Counted from the stretch's first letter, positions 16,729 to 26,652 are shown. The stretch is 54,266 nt of DNA from Candidatus Thorarchaeota archaeon (GCA_019894665.1 JAGXOC010000005.1:6724-60989), one strand, 5' to 3'. Notes: generated from the letters alone by a model not told the origin. Made by a program: numbers and translations.

Positions 16729-18237
16729 ATGAGCAGGACGAAATCATTCCTTGGCTTGCCAGACGCCACTGATAAAGTCATAAGACTGGCAAAAATAATG
16801 GGAATCTTGGGACCATTAGCCAATGTGATATTTACGCTCAGCTCTACATATTTCGTGATCTTTGTAGCTGAGGCTCTTGGTGGAGGTCCTGGAATGTATC
16901 TCCAGGGTATGGGGCTTGTAGGAACTCTCGTGGTTGTGCAAATGCTTGTCCAGATACTACTCGATTATCCAACCGGTGCAATAGGTGACTGGATCGGCCA
17001 ACGATACATAATCGCGGGTGCACAAGTTTCGTACGGTATAGCATTCCTTCTGATTTCTTTTATCACAGTTGATACACCTTTCCCCTATCTCATAGGTGTC
17101 TATGCACTGATGGGCTTTGCTCAATCACAGTCAAGTGGAGCATGGGGTGCATGGTTCGATAACAACTACCGCATAGCAATGCCTCAAGACACAGACCGGA
17201 AGCAGTACGGAGTCTTCTGGGGTCGTATGGGTATGATCATGGCGATAGTGTCAACCGCCTCGCTGATACCTGGAAGCATCCTAGCTGTTGTATTCTCAAG
17301 GGCTTGGGTGTTTCAAGTACAAGGCGTCTTAGCTTTTGTGTTTGCCATGGCTGTCTTTAGATTAGTACGGGACTTCCCGGAGGTCGAAGATGCGAGGGCA
17401 CAGAACGGCGGACGACCTGATATGGGTGAGTACCTCTCTATCCTGAAAGGTGGTGTCAGTCATCTCTTCAGACATGCTTTCATTCGTTACATCGCAATAG
17501 GAACCATGCTAGCAGTGAGTAGCATCATGGTGTGGGGTAACCTCATTCTGTTCCCGATGTACTACCTCTACCTGATAACGGATGTTGGAGTTGCTAGTTT
17601 CAGAACACTACTCTTCATTCCAGGTATCTTCTCACAGGAGCGTTCAGGTATTTGGTCACGTAGGTTTGAGCCAAAGAAGTGGATTCCACGGTTTCGTCTA
17701 ATGCAGACATGTGGGTTCATTTTCTTCTGGGTGTTTGCAACAATCATGACGTTCTTCCCACCTGCAGCATCTAGTACAAACATCTTGACTCTCTATTGGC
17801 CATTGACAAGTATTGAACTCTTGAGCTTACCAGTGGAGAATATCATACCGATTGTCCTCATATTCGGAACCTTTGTATCGACCAGTTTCTTTGGAGGGTT
17901 TGCTGAGATCTTGACTCAACGAGTACTGTTAGATGTCATTCCGAATAGGATCAGGAACTCGATGTACTCCCTGTTCCCAACTCTCGCAACTCTGTTTGCG
18001 ATTCCACAGATAGCTCTGTTTGGTTGGCTAATAACAATCATTGGATTCCCCTTGACTCTTGCGTGTTGCGGTGTGATATCATTCATGGGTGTCATGTTGA
18101 TTCTACACGGTTTCAGACACGAGCCTCCAGAGATTGATGGTGAAGCTTGGGCGAATGGTGGTGCGGTTGTACCTCCAGAAGAATCTACAGCTGATGTAAA
18201 TGAAGAGATTGTTGATGAGATTCCGCTCAAGGACTAA
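16729..18237 (+). CDS. MFS transporter
   Basis: DYPTGAIGDWIGQR motif A; about 12 TM helices; acidic tail. Confidence 0.88.
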   Translation: MSRTKSFLGLPDATDKVIRLAKIMGILGPLANVIFTLSSTYFVIFVAEALGGGPGMYLQGMGLVGTLVVVQMLVQILLDYPTGAIGDWIGQRYIIAGAQVSYGIAFLLISFITVDTPFPYLIGVYALMGFAQSQSSGAWGAWFDNNYRIAMPQDTDRKQYGVFWGRMGMIMAIVSTASLIPGSILAVVFSRAWVFQVQGVLAFVFAMAVFRLVRDFPEVEDARAQNGGRPDMGEYLSILKGGVSHLFRHAFIRYIAIGTMLAVSSIMVWGNLILFPMYYLYLITDVGVASFRTLLFIPGIFSQERSGIWSRRFEPKKWIPRFRLMQTCGFIFFWVFATIMTFFPPAASSTNILTLYWPLTSIELLSLPVENIIPIVLIFGTFVSTSFFGGFAEILTQRVLLDVIPNRIRNSMYSLFPTLATLFAIPQIALFGWLITIIGFPLTLACCGVISFMGVMLILHGFRHEPPEIDGEAWANGGAVVPPEESTADVNEEIVDEIPLKD

Positions 18238-18245
18238 ACTTGAGT

Positions 18246-18282
18246 AGAGGCTGTTGATTTTAGCAGCCTCTTTCCTCATTTT
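18246..18282 (+). terminator. Hairpin terminator after the MFS gene
   Basis: AGAGGCTGTT/AGCAGCCTCT inverted repeat followed by a T-rich tract. Confidence 0.55.
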
Positions 18283-18395
18283 ATCTGCAGGCACAAAGTT
18301 AATACTCCCTCTTGTTGATTGAGCATCGGTGCTTATAATTGACAGATAGACCACAGTTTTTGACCGTTTCTTATTCTGGTTCAGGTCTTGATACG

Positions 18396-19103
18396 ATGAG
18401 CCATGAACGTAAGATGGTCCGCGAGAAAGATGTGAAATTTGATGGAGAGGATGGATCTCTCGAGTTAACCGATGTCCGCCTTGTTTGGTATAAGAAACCA
18501 AGTAAGAGCGGTGGATTCAAAAAATGGGGAGCAATTGCTGGCGCTGTTGCTGGCGCTGCTCTGCTTGAGGGGGCCGGACGACAAATGGGTGGAGTTGGCC
18601 GCCATGTCACACGTTCACTAGCTCGAGGAATTACCTATGCGGCTGTTGGGACTGCAATCTCTTCCTGGACAGCTGATTCTTACTATAACAAAGATAAGGA
18701 TGGTAATACGGAGAGCATGGCTCTTCCTCTTATTGCGATCAGTCAAGCAACTCAGAGTGGTGACAATCTTATTGTCGAACTGAAATCAGGCGGCGATATG
18801 CGATTCCACTTCAAGCAGAAGAAAGTGATTCCATCAATCGTTGCAAACGTTTCCTCTGCTCAAGACCAAGGTAAATGTCCCTATTGTGGAACCAATGCTG
18901 GTAACGTTCCCAGTTGTCCCAAATGTGGCGGTGTCATTGAGGGCGGCGGAGGCGGAGCTCCTGCACATGATCAACCAGATTCCGTGACGGTCACAGGGGG
19001 CGGATCTCCTGGTGGCGGTGGTCAAGCTGGTTTCTGCATGAATTGTGGTGTACCCTATCCGCAGGGTGCAAGATTCTGCAATGGCTGTGGCCAAAAAGTT
19101 TGA
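18396..19103 (+). CDS. Zinc-ribbon domain protein with a PH-like beta core and Gly/Ala-rich hydrophobic insert
   Basis: GxLxLTDxRLVW motif, GAIAGAVAGAALL segment, C-terminal CPYC..CPKC and CMNC..CNGC ribbons. Confidence 0.6.
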   Translation: MSHERKMVREKDVKFDGEDGSLELTDVRLVWYKKPSKSGGFKKWGAIAGAVAGAALLEGAGRQMGGVGRHVTRSLARGITYAAVGTAISSWTADSYYNKDKDGNTESMALPLIAISQATQSGDNLIVELKSGGDMRFHFKQKKVIPSIVANVSSAQDQGKCPYCGTNAGNVPSCPKCGGVIEGGGGGAPAHDQPDSVTVTGGGSPGGGGQAGFCMNCGVPYPQGARFCNGCGQKV

Positions 19104-19119
19104 AAGTTCACATTATTGA

Positions 19120-19154
19120 AGGGCTCTCATTTTTGAGCCCTCGCTTTCTCTTTT
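19120..19154 (+). terminator. Hairpin terminator between convergent genes
   Basis: AGGGCTC/GAGCCCT stem followed by CTTTCTCTTTT. Confidence 0.55.
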
Positions 19155-19161
19155 CCAAGAA

Positions 19162-19917
19162 TTATCGGAACATGTCTTCATCTCTAGGTCTGATGATATT
19201 TACGCCGGTTTCATTTCCTTCCTCATACTCGTAACCCCTAATGATGACGACTGGTATTCGTTCACCCGCTTGACCCATGAGAGGTTCTGCAAGGGCTGCA
19301 AGTTCATCAATCTGGCAGATACTTGATCGTTTCAGAGTTCTTCCATGGAGGTCGCTTTTTCCTTTGTTATGCTTGAATGCGTTTATTCCTGCACACCCAA
19401 TAGCTACATTGATTGAACCCTTTCTCCAAGGTCTACCTTGTGTGTCTGAAATTACAACCGCCAGCTTCTGACCTGTTTCTCTCACAAGTTCTTCAAGAAT
19501 TCCCTTTGCAGATTGGTCTGGATCTTTTGGTAGCAGAACATACTCTGCATTAGGGGCATTGGATTTGTCAACACCGCTAAAGTTGCAGACTGAACCTGAT
19601 TGATTTGCTGTGATCAACACACCATCACTTCTAATCACCTCCACACATTCGCGAAGGGCTAGTTCGACATGAATCGGGTCAAATCCATTCTTCTCAGCAA
19701 TCACTGTAGCTCTCTTTGACACCTTAACATCTGATGCCTTCACTAGTCTGTCCTCGGTTTTGGAAACAATCTTAGAAGCGATCACAATAACATCACCATT
19801 AGTCAGGTCGATACCAGTTTCATTTACAGATTCTAGTATCATCTCAACTAGACGATCTCCAGGCTTAACAATCGGAATCAAGGACAGAGCAATTGCACTA
19901 ACGGTCTTGGGTGTCAT
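19162..19917 (-). CDS. cofE: Coenzyme F420-0:L-glutamate ligase
   Basis: IPxVKPGD, KIVSK, GVDKSN, LLPKDPD, ISDTQGRPWR and PVVIIRG motifs. Confidence 0.92.
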   Translation of the reverse strand: MTPKTVSAIALSLIPIVKPGDRLVEMILESVNETGIDLTNGDVIVIASKIVSKTEDRLVKASDVKVSKRATVIAEKNGFDPIHVELALRECVEVIRSDGVLITANQSGSVCNFSGVDKSNAPNAEYVLLPKDPDQSAKGILEELVRETGQKLAVVISDTQGRPWRKGSINVAIGCAGINAFKHNKGKSDLHGRTLKRSSICQIDELAALAEPLMGQAGERIPVVIIRGYEYEEGNETGVNIIRPRDEDMFR

Positions 19918-19986
19918 TATCCGCTCTAGTATTTGATGATTATCCTACGGAAAAGTCTGTCCATCCCAAATTCGTAACCGATAAAC

Positions 19987-20004
19987 TTAGAACACGTGTT
20001 CTAA
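19987..20004. promoter_or_regulatory. Perfect 18-bp palindrome in the cofE/top6B divergent intergenic region (putative TF operator)
   Basis: TTAGAACACGTGTTCTAA equals its own reverse complement. Confidence 0.5.
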
Positions 20005-20211
20005 ATAGCATGTATGCATGTATTTCACCCCTAATATGACTTCAAAAGTGTCCTCCGCGGTACAAAATCGCAGAATGACGCGTTTTGAGGGGATTAGTCA
20101 CAGAAATCATTAATATACGATAGAAGAAATCTGACTATTCAACGCAGAATACCGTTTCGTGGGGAAAACTGTCCTAGCGAATTGACATAGGATACATAAC
20201 ATTTCCATCCT

Positions 20212-22257
20212 TTGGAGCGAACTACATTGAGTCCACCCAACACATCCAAGCCTAAGAAGAACGACAAGCCCAAGGCACCCCGTACTCCATCCCCTGAACC
20301 AGCTATGACTGAATCAGGAGATATCAAACAGGGTACGATTGCAAAATTCATGAGAAAGCGAACTCAGCTTGTGGGTTTTGAAACTGGACTCAACAAGCAT
20401 ACACAATATTCGATCGAGTTTCTGGACAATGCGATTGACGCCCTAGAGAGTTGGTGGTGGAAATCAAAGAAACGACCACGGCTTCAGGATAAATTAGATC
20501 TGAAATTGGTTGAAGAAGTTCGCGCTAAACTTGAGGAAGGTCAAATTGATACTATCGCAATTAGCAAACAGCTTGAACGAGATATCAAAGCTGGGAAAGA
20601 AGTTGAGACAACCCCAAGGCGCAAGGAAACTATTGAGGAACGAATCACAGAGTTCAGAAAATTTCTGATGCCTCTACGATCATTATTGTCAAAGAGAGAG
20701 CCTCTTGTGGTTATGGAGCTTAAAGAAGTTCAAATGCCCGACCTTGTTTCTATCGATGATGAAGAAGGATTCAAGGTGTATGAATTCACCTGTTTTGATA
20801 CCGGTGTGGGTATGGTTCCATCTGACCTTGAGAAATTTGGGATATACCTTGCTTCTAGTAAGTCTGAGAAACTTAGACAAACACGTGGGAGTCAAGGTTT
20901 TGGTGCACCCTCTGCATTCAGTGATGCACAGAACACTACTGGAAAACCAATCTTCACCGTATCAAAGAGATTTACATCGGCTGATGCAACTGTCACGAAC
21001 TTCTACACAACCACCGCCAACACAAAGGATTATGTGGGCGGACCTGTTGACATGGACCTCCCATTTAATCATGGGACATACATCAGATTGTATTATCTGA
21101 ACATCCAATACAGACGGGGATATGCCGATATTTATGCTGAAATGGCTTCTCTTCTAAACTCTCATGTGACAATCATCTTCATCGACCCGTACGGGAAAGT
21201 TCACATCTTTCCTCGAAGAGTGATTGGATTCCCTGATGAGCCAAAGTATGCTCAACCACACCCTGCGAGTATCAGAATCGGCGAGTTCCAAGATTTGCTA
21301 CGAGAAACCGGAGAATCCGAATTAAGAGGGTTCCTCACCAAGGCATTTTGTCGACTCAGCTCGAACAGAGCAAAGACGATTGTTTCAAACGCTAGTAAAG
21401 ACCTTCGACGGAGACATCTGGATGATCTCAAAATGACGACTCCTACAGATTCTTTATCCAAGACTGAGGTGGAACTACTTTACCGATCCTTTTCAAACGA
21501 GGATTATATTGCACCTCCTACTGACACAGTCGTTCCTGTTGGTGAAGAGGTGTTTGAGCAAACAATCCAGCTGGCATATAATCCAGATTTTGCCACTGCT
21601 GTCACTAGAAAGCCCACCTCAGGAAAAGGCCTCTCTTTTGCAGTAGAGGTATGTATTGCCTATGGTGGTGAAATAAAACCTGCTTCATCTGCACCAATGG
21701 TTCTTTGGCGGTTTGTGAACCGTGTACCTAAATTGCGAGATAACAGCGATTGCGCGACTTGGAAAGCAGCGGCTTCTGTAAACTGGAAGAACTACAAATT
21801 ACCAACCTTTGATAATGGAATTCCTCGTGGTCCCTTGATGGTGTTTATTCATGTTGCGGGTGCATATGTTCACGTGATGTTCAAGGGTCAAAGTAAACAA
21901 GCTCTTGCAGAAGATGAAGTGCTTCTGAGGGAGATCAAACTTGCTCTTGAGGATGCAGGTCGAAGGTTTAGACGATTCATTACAAGACGCGAAACCGCAC
22001 GAAGGAAAGCTAAGCGTGCAGGAATTCTAGCGATGTACGCAGACCAGTTTGCACAGAGTCTCATCACCATCGCAAACGATGGAAGAAAGAAACCACTCTT
22101 TGATGCTGAAACAATTGCAAGCAAAATACGGGATTCGATAACAGGATTTGAGACCGTAGAGGATCAAGAGGAAACTGAGGCTGATGGCATCGGTTCGGAT
22201 CTCGTTGCCGATATGCCTCTTGATGATGAAGTTGTTGAAGAAGGTGAGCTTGAATGA
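20212..22257 (+). CDS. top6B: DNA topoisomerase VI subunit B
   Basis: GHKL motifs EFLDNAIDA, DTGVG and RGSQGFG; H2TH region; RFVNRVP and FKGQSKQA transducer motifs; 4-nt overlap with top6A. Confidence 0.93.
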   Translation: MERTTLSPPNTSKPKKNDKPKAPRTPSPEPAMTESGDIKQGTIAKFMRKRTQLVGFETGLNKHTQYSIEFLDNAIDALESWWWKSKKRPRLQDKLDLKLVEEVRAKLEEGQIDTIAISKQLERDIKAGKEVETTPRRKETIEERITEFRKFLMPLRSLLSKREPLVVMELKEVQMPDLVSIDDEEGFKVYEFTCFDTGVGMVPSDLEKFGIYLASSKSEKLRQTRGSQGFGAPSAFSDAQNTTGKPIFTVSKRFTSADATVTNFYTTTANTKDYVGGPVDMDLPFNHGTYIRLYYLNIQYRRGYADIYAEMASLLNSHVTIIFIDPYGKVHIFPRRVIGFPDEPKYAQPHPASIRIGEFQDLLRETGESELRGFLTKAFCRLSSNRAKTIVSNASKDLRRRHLDDLKMTTPTDSLSKTEVELLYRSFSNEDYIAPPTDTVVPVGEEVFEQTIQLAYNPDFATAVTRKPTSGKGLSFAVEVCIAYGGEIKPASSAPMVLWRFVNRVPKLRDNSDCATWKAAASVNWKNYKLPTFDNGIPRGPLMVFIHVAGAYVHVMFKGQSKQALAEDEVLLREIKLALEDAGRRFRRFITRRETARRKAKRAGILAMYADQFAQSLITIANDGRKKPLFDAETIASKIRDSITGFETVEDQEETEADGIGSDLVADMPLDDEVVEEGELE

Positions 22258-24401
22258 GCCGCAAGAAAACGAAGAAGAAACAGGAGACTGTTCAAGCAAC
22301 TCTTGGTGAGGCTATGGTTGACTCAAAATCTAAGAAGCCAACAAAGAAAAAGCCCGCTAGTAAGCCCAAGAAGACGACCACTAAGAAAAAAGCATCTACT
22401 AAGAAAATAACAACTGCAAAGAAGGAAGCACCAGCAAAGAAGAAACCAACTAAAAAGAAGAGTCCTAGTAAGAAGAAAACACCTCCTAAGAAGAAAGAGG
22501 TTCCTGCTGCTCCAGAAAGTGCATTTAGTTTGAAGGAACTCCCTGGTGTAGGACCGAAATTAGAGGAGAAGCTCCGGAAGGCAAAATATGAAACCGTTGA
22601 GAAGATATCCCGCGCTAGATCAATATCTATAGCGAAGAAAGTGGAGGGACTTAGTAAAGCTGGTGCAAAGAACCTCGTAGATGCTGCAAAGGACTTGGTT
22701 AAGAAAGGCGAGACTGCTGCAGAGCCTTCTGAACCTCAGCCTGAAACAGATGAAGAAATTCGACCTCCGAAGATTTCATTGACCGATGTTCCAGGTTTAG
22801 GATCTAAGTTAGCTCTTTCCATGACACGTGCTGGTTATGATTCCGTTGCCCGAATTGCACGAGCTTCACCCAGAAATGTCGCACAGAAAGTTGACGGTCT
22901 AAGTACTGCAAAAGCCGTGTCGATTGTGAACGCTGCTAAGGATTTGATTCACAATCAGGAAATGGCACAGTTAACTGGAGAACCTATTATTGTAACATCT
23001 GCAAAAACAACAACTGATGCTAAAACACCACCAAAGGACGAAGAGCCAGTGAAAGAGAAGAAAACGCTGAAAAAACCTACAACTAAGAAAGCACCCACGA
23101 AAGCAGCTCCAAAAGGAAAAGCTCCTGCCAAGAAGAAACGTACTAAGAAACTCAAACCCCCTCCAAAAAGAACAAAACCTAAAGCAATTCGTAAGGAATC
23201 CGGTTTGCCTGTTCCTAAAGCTGTGGTAGAATTAGCAGTTGAATTGAAGGAAAAATGGTATACGGCAGATAAGAAGGCGCAAGCCCTCATTGATAGTGGA
23301 GAGATCGATGAATCTCTGGTTGAAACCGTAGAAGTTGTTTCACTAGCCGTTGACGATACAACGGAAAGGATTGTAGATACCGCACTAGATATTCTCAATG
23401 AAACCATGGTGAGCGGGAGACCTGCCTTTGAAATTCCAAGCAGGTCCGGTGATAATATTGTTTGGGATGAGATTCGCGACCTATTGCTTCTAGGAATGAG
23501 AACTATCTCTCGTCCATACCATTCACTTGCATCGGTTGTAGATGCCACCAGAACTGCTCGAGTTATGGAGATTGTATTCAACCTTCTGAAAGCTAACTTA
23601 CATGCAACCAAACGTGAAGTCTACTATAGTGATGTTAACCTGTTCAGAGAACAAAAGTACAGTGACAAGATCATCGAAGATGTCGCCTCTATGATTAAGA
23701 CTACTCGCGATAGCATTCACGTTGTTGCTTCTGCTCGTGGTTCCGCCATGGGTCGTGTTACTATACGAGATGGCGGTGATCTAATTGACCTCACTAAGAT
23801 GGGCACCGGTGGATGGGCTGTAACGCCATTCCTGGATCAACTTGAGATTGTAGAGAGCGATGCTGAATTCATTATACTGTCGGAAAAAGACGCAGCAGTT
23901 ATGCGACTTGCTGAAGCCAAGTATTGGAATCGCCAGCCTTGCATTGTATTAACAGGTAAGGGTTCAGGTGACATTGCAACAAGAGCCTTCCTCAAGATGC
24001 TTGTCAAGGAGCTTGAGATTCCTGCCTTTGCACTGGTCGACTCTGATCCTTATGGGCACTACATCTATTCTGTATTCCTCAGAGGTAGCAAGCGACTTAG
24101 CTATGAGTCACCATTCATTGCAACCCCCGACCTGAAACTATTGGGTGTGTTGAGTCGTGACTTGGATGAGTACAAGATTCCAAAGGCAGTCCGTATTCCT
24201 ATGCAGCCTACTGACATCAAACGTGTCAAGGATATGCTAAAGGAGCCATTTGTTAGACGGAACAAACCCTGGGTGGAAGACTTGGAGCTGATGCTAAAGC
24301 TCAAGGAGAAAGCAGAGATTCAGGCCTTTGCCAGCCACAGCTTTGAGTATCTCACAGATGAATATATTCCGCGCAAGCTTGAGACAGGTGATTGGATCTA
24401 G
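22254..24401 (+). CDS. top6A: DNA topoisomerase VI subunit A (Spo11 family) with long Lys-rich/HhH N-terminal extension
   Basis: TKREVYY catalytic Tyr motif, Toprim EKDA and DSDPYG, KAEIQA. Confidence 0.95.
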   Translation: MSRKKTKKKQETVQATLGEAMVDSKSKKPTKKKPASKPKKTTTKKKASTKKITTAKKEAPAKKKPTKKKSPSKKKTPPKKKEVPAAPESAFSLKELPGVGPKLEEKLRKAKYETVEKISRARSISIAKKVEGLSKAGAKNLVDAAKDLVKKGETAAEPSEPQPETDEEIRPPKISLTDVPGLGSKLALSMTRAGYDSVARIARASPRNVAQKVDGLSTAKAVSIVNAAKDLIHNQEMAQLTGEPIIVTSAKTTTDAKTPPKDEEPVKEKKTLKKPTTKKAPTKAAPKGKAPAKKKRTKKLKPPPKRTKPKAIRKESGLPVPKAVVELAVELKEKWYTADKKAQALIDSGEIDESLVETVEVVSLAVDDTTERIVDTALDILNETMVSGRPAFEIPSRSGDNIVWDEIRDLLLLGMRTISRPYHSLASVVDATRTARVMEIVFNLLKANLHATKREVYYSDVNLFREQKYSDKIIEDVASMIKTTRDSIHVVASARGSAMGRVTIRDGGDLIDLTKMGTGGWAVTPFLDQLEIVESDAEFIILSEKDAAVMRLAEAKYWNRQPCIVLTGKGSGDIATRAFLKMLVKELEIPAFALVDSDPYGHYIYSVFLRGSKRLSYESPFIATPDLKLLGVLSRDLDEYKIPKAVRIPMQPTDIKRVKDMLKEPFVRRNKPWVEDLELMLKLKEKAEIQAFASHSFEYLTDEYIPRKLETGDWI

Positions 24402-24490
24402 TCCCTAGAGCATTATGTACCACAAGTGAGCTCTTATTACTGGATGAGAGTGTGGTATAATAACTATAGAGAATTTTAGAGGACATCTTA

Positions 24491-25405
24491 ATGGTCACAT
24501 CGAAGGTTGGAACTGAAGTAATTGATAGCCACGCACACTTTTTCACATATGACACCGTCAAGCAATGGTTAGCTAGTGGTGTCTCACTGGAGCGAATACA
24601 GAATAGAGTTACCTTTCAGACTGACATGCCAGAATTAACAATCCCCGATGAGAGTTGGGATCCTGGCCAGATGTGGGCTGACGAACTCGACAAGTACGGA
24701 ATCACAGCTATTGGTATGATGATTGGAAAAGAAGTCTGGGATGAGTTCAATGAAACCAGGAAACGCTTTCCTGGTCGGTTCTTGGGATATGCGAATATAA
24801 ATCCTGCTGAAGAAAATGCAGTTGACATGGTGAAAAAAGCTGGAAAAGACGGTTTTCAGGGAATCAAACTTTACCCAAGCTCTTGGGACCTGCATACATA
24901 TGACGAACGTGTCTATCCAATCTACGAGGAAGCCCTAAAACAGAAATTACTGGTAATTCTGCATTTTGGTATTTCCATTGGAACTCAGGCGAATCTTCGT
25001 TATGGCAATCCTCTTGATATCCAGAAACCCGCACGTGACTTTCCTGACCTGAACTTCATGATTGCCCATTTTGGAGCAGGATTTTTCCGTGAAGTGCTAA
25101 TGCTCATGTATCAGACGCACAATGTTGTGATGGATACTAGCGGGAGTAACAGCTGGATGACATACTTACCATACGACTTGACTATCAGCAAGATCTTTGA
25201 ACGCGCTTTGGGTGCAGGAGCTTCATGCAGGGTGGTATTTGGTACAGATTCATCATTCTTCCCCCGTGGATTTAGATATAATATCCTCGAAGAACAATAC
25301 AACGCAGTGAAGTCTCTGTTACCGAAATTCAACTATACTCAGGAAGATGTTGATTTGATCTTCAGAGACAATATCTTAAGACTCACAGGTTTCGAACCAA
25401 GGTAA
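24491..25405 (+). CDS. Amidohydrolase_2 family metal-dependent hydrolase
   Basis: IDSHAH, GIKLYP, ILHFG, IAHFG and FGTDS motifs. Confidence 0.88.
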   Translation: MVTSKVGTEVIDSHAHFFTYDTVKQWLASGVSLERIQNRVTFQTDMPELTIPDESWDPGQMWADELDKYGITAIGMMIGKEVWDEFNETRKRFPGRFLGYANINPAEENAVDMVKKAGKDGFQGIKLYPSSWDLHTYDERVYPIYEEALKQKLLVILHFGISIGTQANLRYGNPLDIQKPARDFPDLNFMIAHFGAGFFREVLMLMYQTHNVVMDTSGSNSWMTYLPYDLTISKIFERALGAGASCRVVFGTDSSFFPRGFRYNILEEQYNAVKSLLPKFNYTQEDVDLIFRDNILRLTGFEPR

Positions 25406-25416
25406 GATTAGCGCTC

Positions 25417-26652
25417 CTAAGCTTTCCTTATCTTCTTCTCAAGACCTCGGAGTCTTTTCTTCTCGTCGCCCTCACGGAATTTAGCAGCTGCTTCCTGGTA
25501 CTTTGCCAAGGCATCTCTAGAGCTTCCCTGCTTAGCCAAGTGGTCACCCTGTACCTCCAAGTCTTTACCCCACTCAGTATACGCCTCTCGGACTTTCTCT
25601 GAGCAATGGGCTCTCTTTTTCGCATCAGTACTGAACATATAGAGCTCTCTTGCTTTTCTGAATTGAACAACCGCCCATTCAAACTCGTGAGCTTTCATAT
25701 GATTGTCGCCCTGGTCGAAATGGAACTTTGCCATCTCGTCGTATCCAATGTCAACTCTTTTCGTGCTCTCTGCGACACCCTTCTCGTTGCCTGCTCTTTC
25801 GAAAAGCATCTTAGCTATCTCAAATGACTCGATTGCTTTTTCGTGCTCATTCCCATGGAGGTGATGTTCACCATTCTCTAGTCTTGCTTTTCCCATCGCT
25901 TCAAAGACATAAGGTGGATAATCAAACTCATCTGATGAGATGGCAACACCACAATTCGGACAAACCGGAGTCTCAAGCTCTTTGAGGGGTCCTTTTAGTC
26001 CAACCTTTGATGGTTTTCCTACTACAACATCAATGAATGTTGTAGTTGTGCTCCCTCTTCCTTCAGGGAACAAGTGCTCGACAGCTTCTTTTGTTTCCTC
26101 TCGAACTTCTTTGGGGGCACCTTCAGGGAATAGATGTTCAAGTGCTTCTTCAGCAGTTACCGGGACTTCTTCATCATAAACTCTTGGAGGTTCAACCTCT
26201 TTGAAGGGCATACCCACTTTGATTTCCTCAGCACCTTCATCCCACGACATATCCGTGCTTCGACCAGCAGGCGTTTCAGGCTCTCCAATTGGAAGTAGAG
26301 GTGGACCATCTGATTCGACTGCAACTACTGTGGTCTCGTCAAATGAAAGGTCTTCTTCAACTGGTAGTGCCTCAGGTGTTGGCATCGACTCTTCCCAACT
26401 AAGGTCCTCCTCTATAGGAGGCAAGACCTCGGGTTCAGAGACGGCTGGCGTTTCAGATGTTGGGTCCTCGAATTCTGAGTCTTCTAAACTGGGTAGTTCC
26501 TCAGTTTCATCTAAGATTTCAGATTCTTCGAGTGTGGGTTCTGGTGGAGCGGTCGGTAAATTTTCGGGCACTTTGTTTCCACAACCTATACAGAATGTCG
26601 ATCCTTTTCTGATGCGTTTTTCACATGTTGGACAAATTATTTGATCCTGCAT
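25417..26652 (-). CDS. Zinc ribbon plus acidic disordered linker plus TPR/alpha-SNAP-like helical repeat protein
   Basis: N-terminal CxxC..CxxC, E/P-rich linker, CPNCG, C-terminal A...F..A..[LF] repeats. Confidence 0.6.
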   Translation of the reverse strand: MQDQIICPTCEKRIRKGSTFCIGCGNKVPENLPTAPPEPTLEESEILDETEELPSLEDSEFEDPTSETPAVSEPEVLPPIEEDLSWEESMPTPEALPVEEDLSFDETTVVAVESDGPPLLPIGEPETPAGRSTDMSWDEGAEEIKVGMPFKEVEPPRVYDEEVPVTAEEALEHLFPEGAPKEVREETKEAVEHLFPEGRGSTTTTFIDVVVGKPSKVGLKGPLKELETPVCPNCGVAISSDEFDYPPYVFEAMGKARLENGEHHLHGNEHEKAIESFEIAKMLFERAGNEKGVAESTKRVDIGYDEMAKFHFDQGDNHMKAHEFEWAVVQFRKARELYMFSTDAKKRAHCSEKVREAYTEWGKDLEVQGDHLAKQGSSRDALAKYQEAAAKFREGDEKKRLRGLEKKIRKA

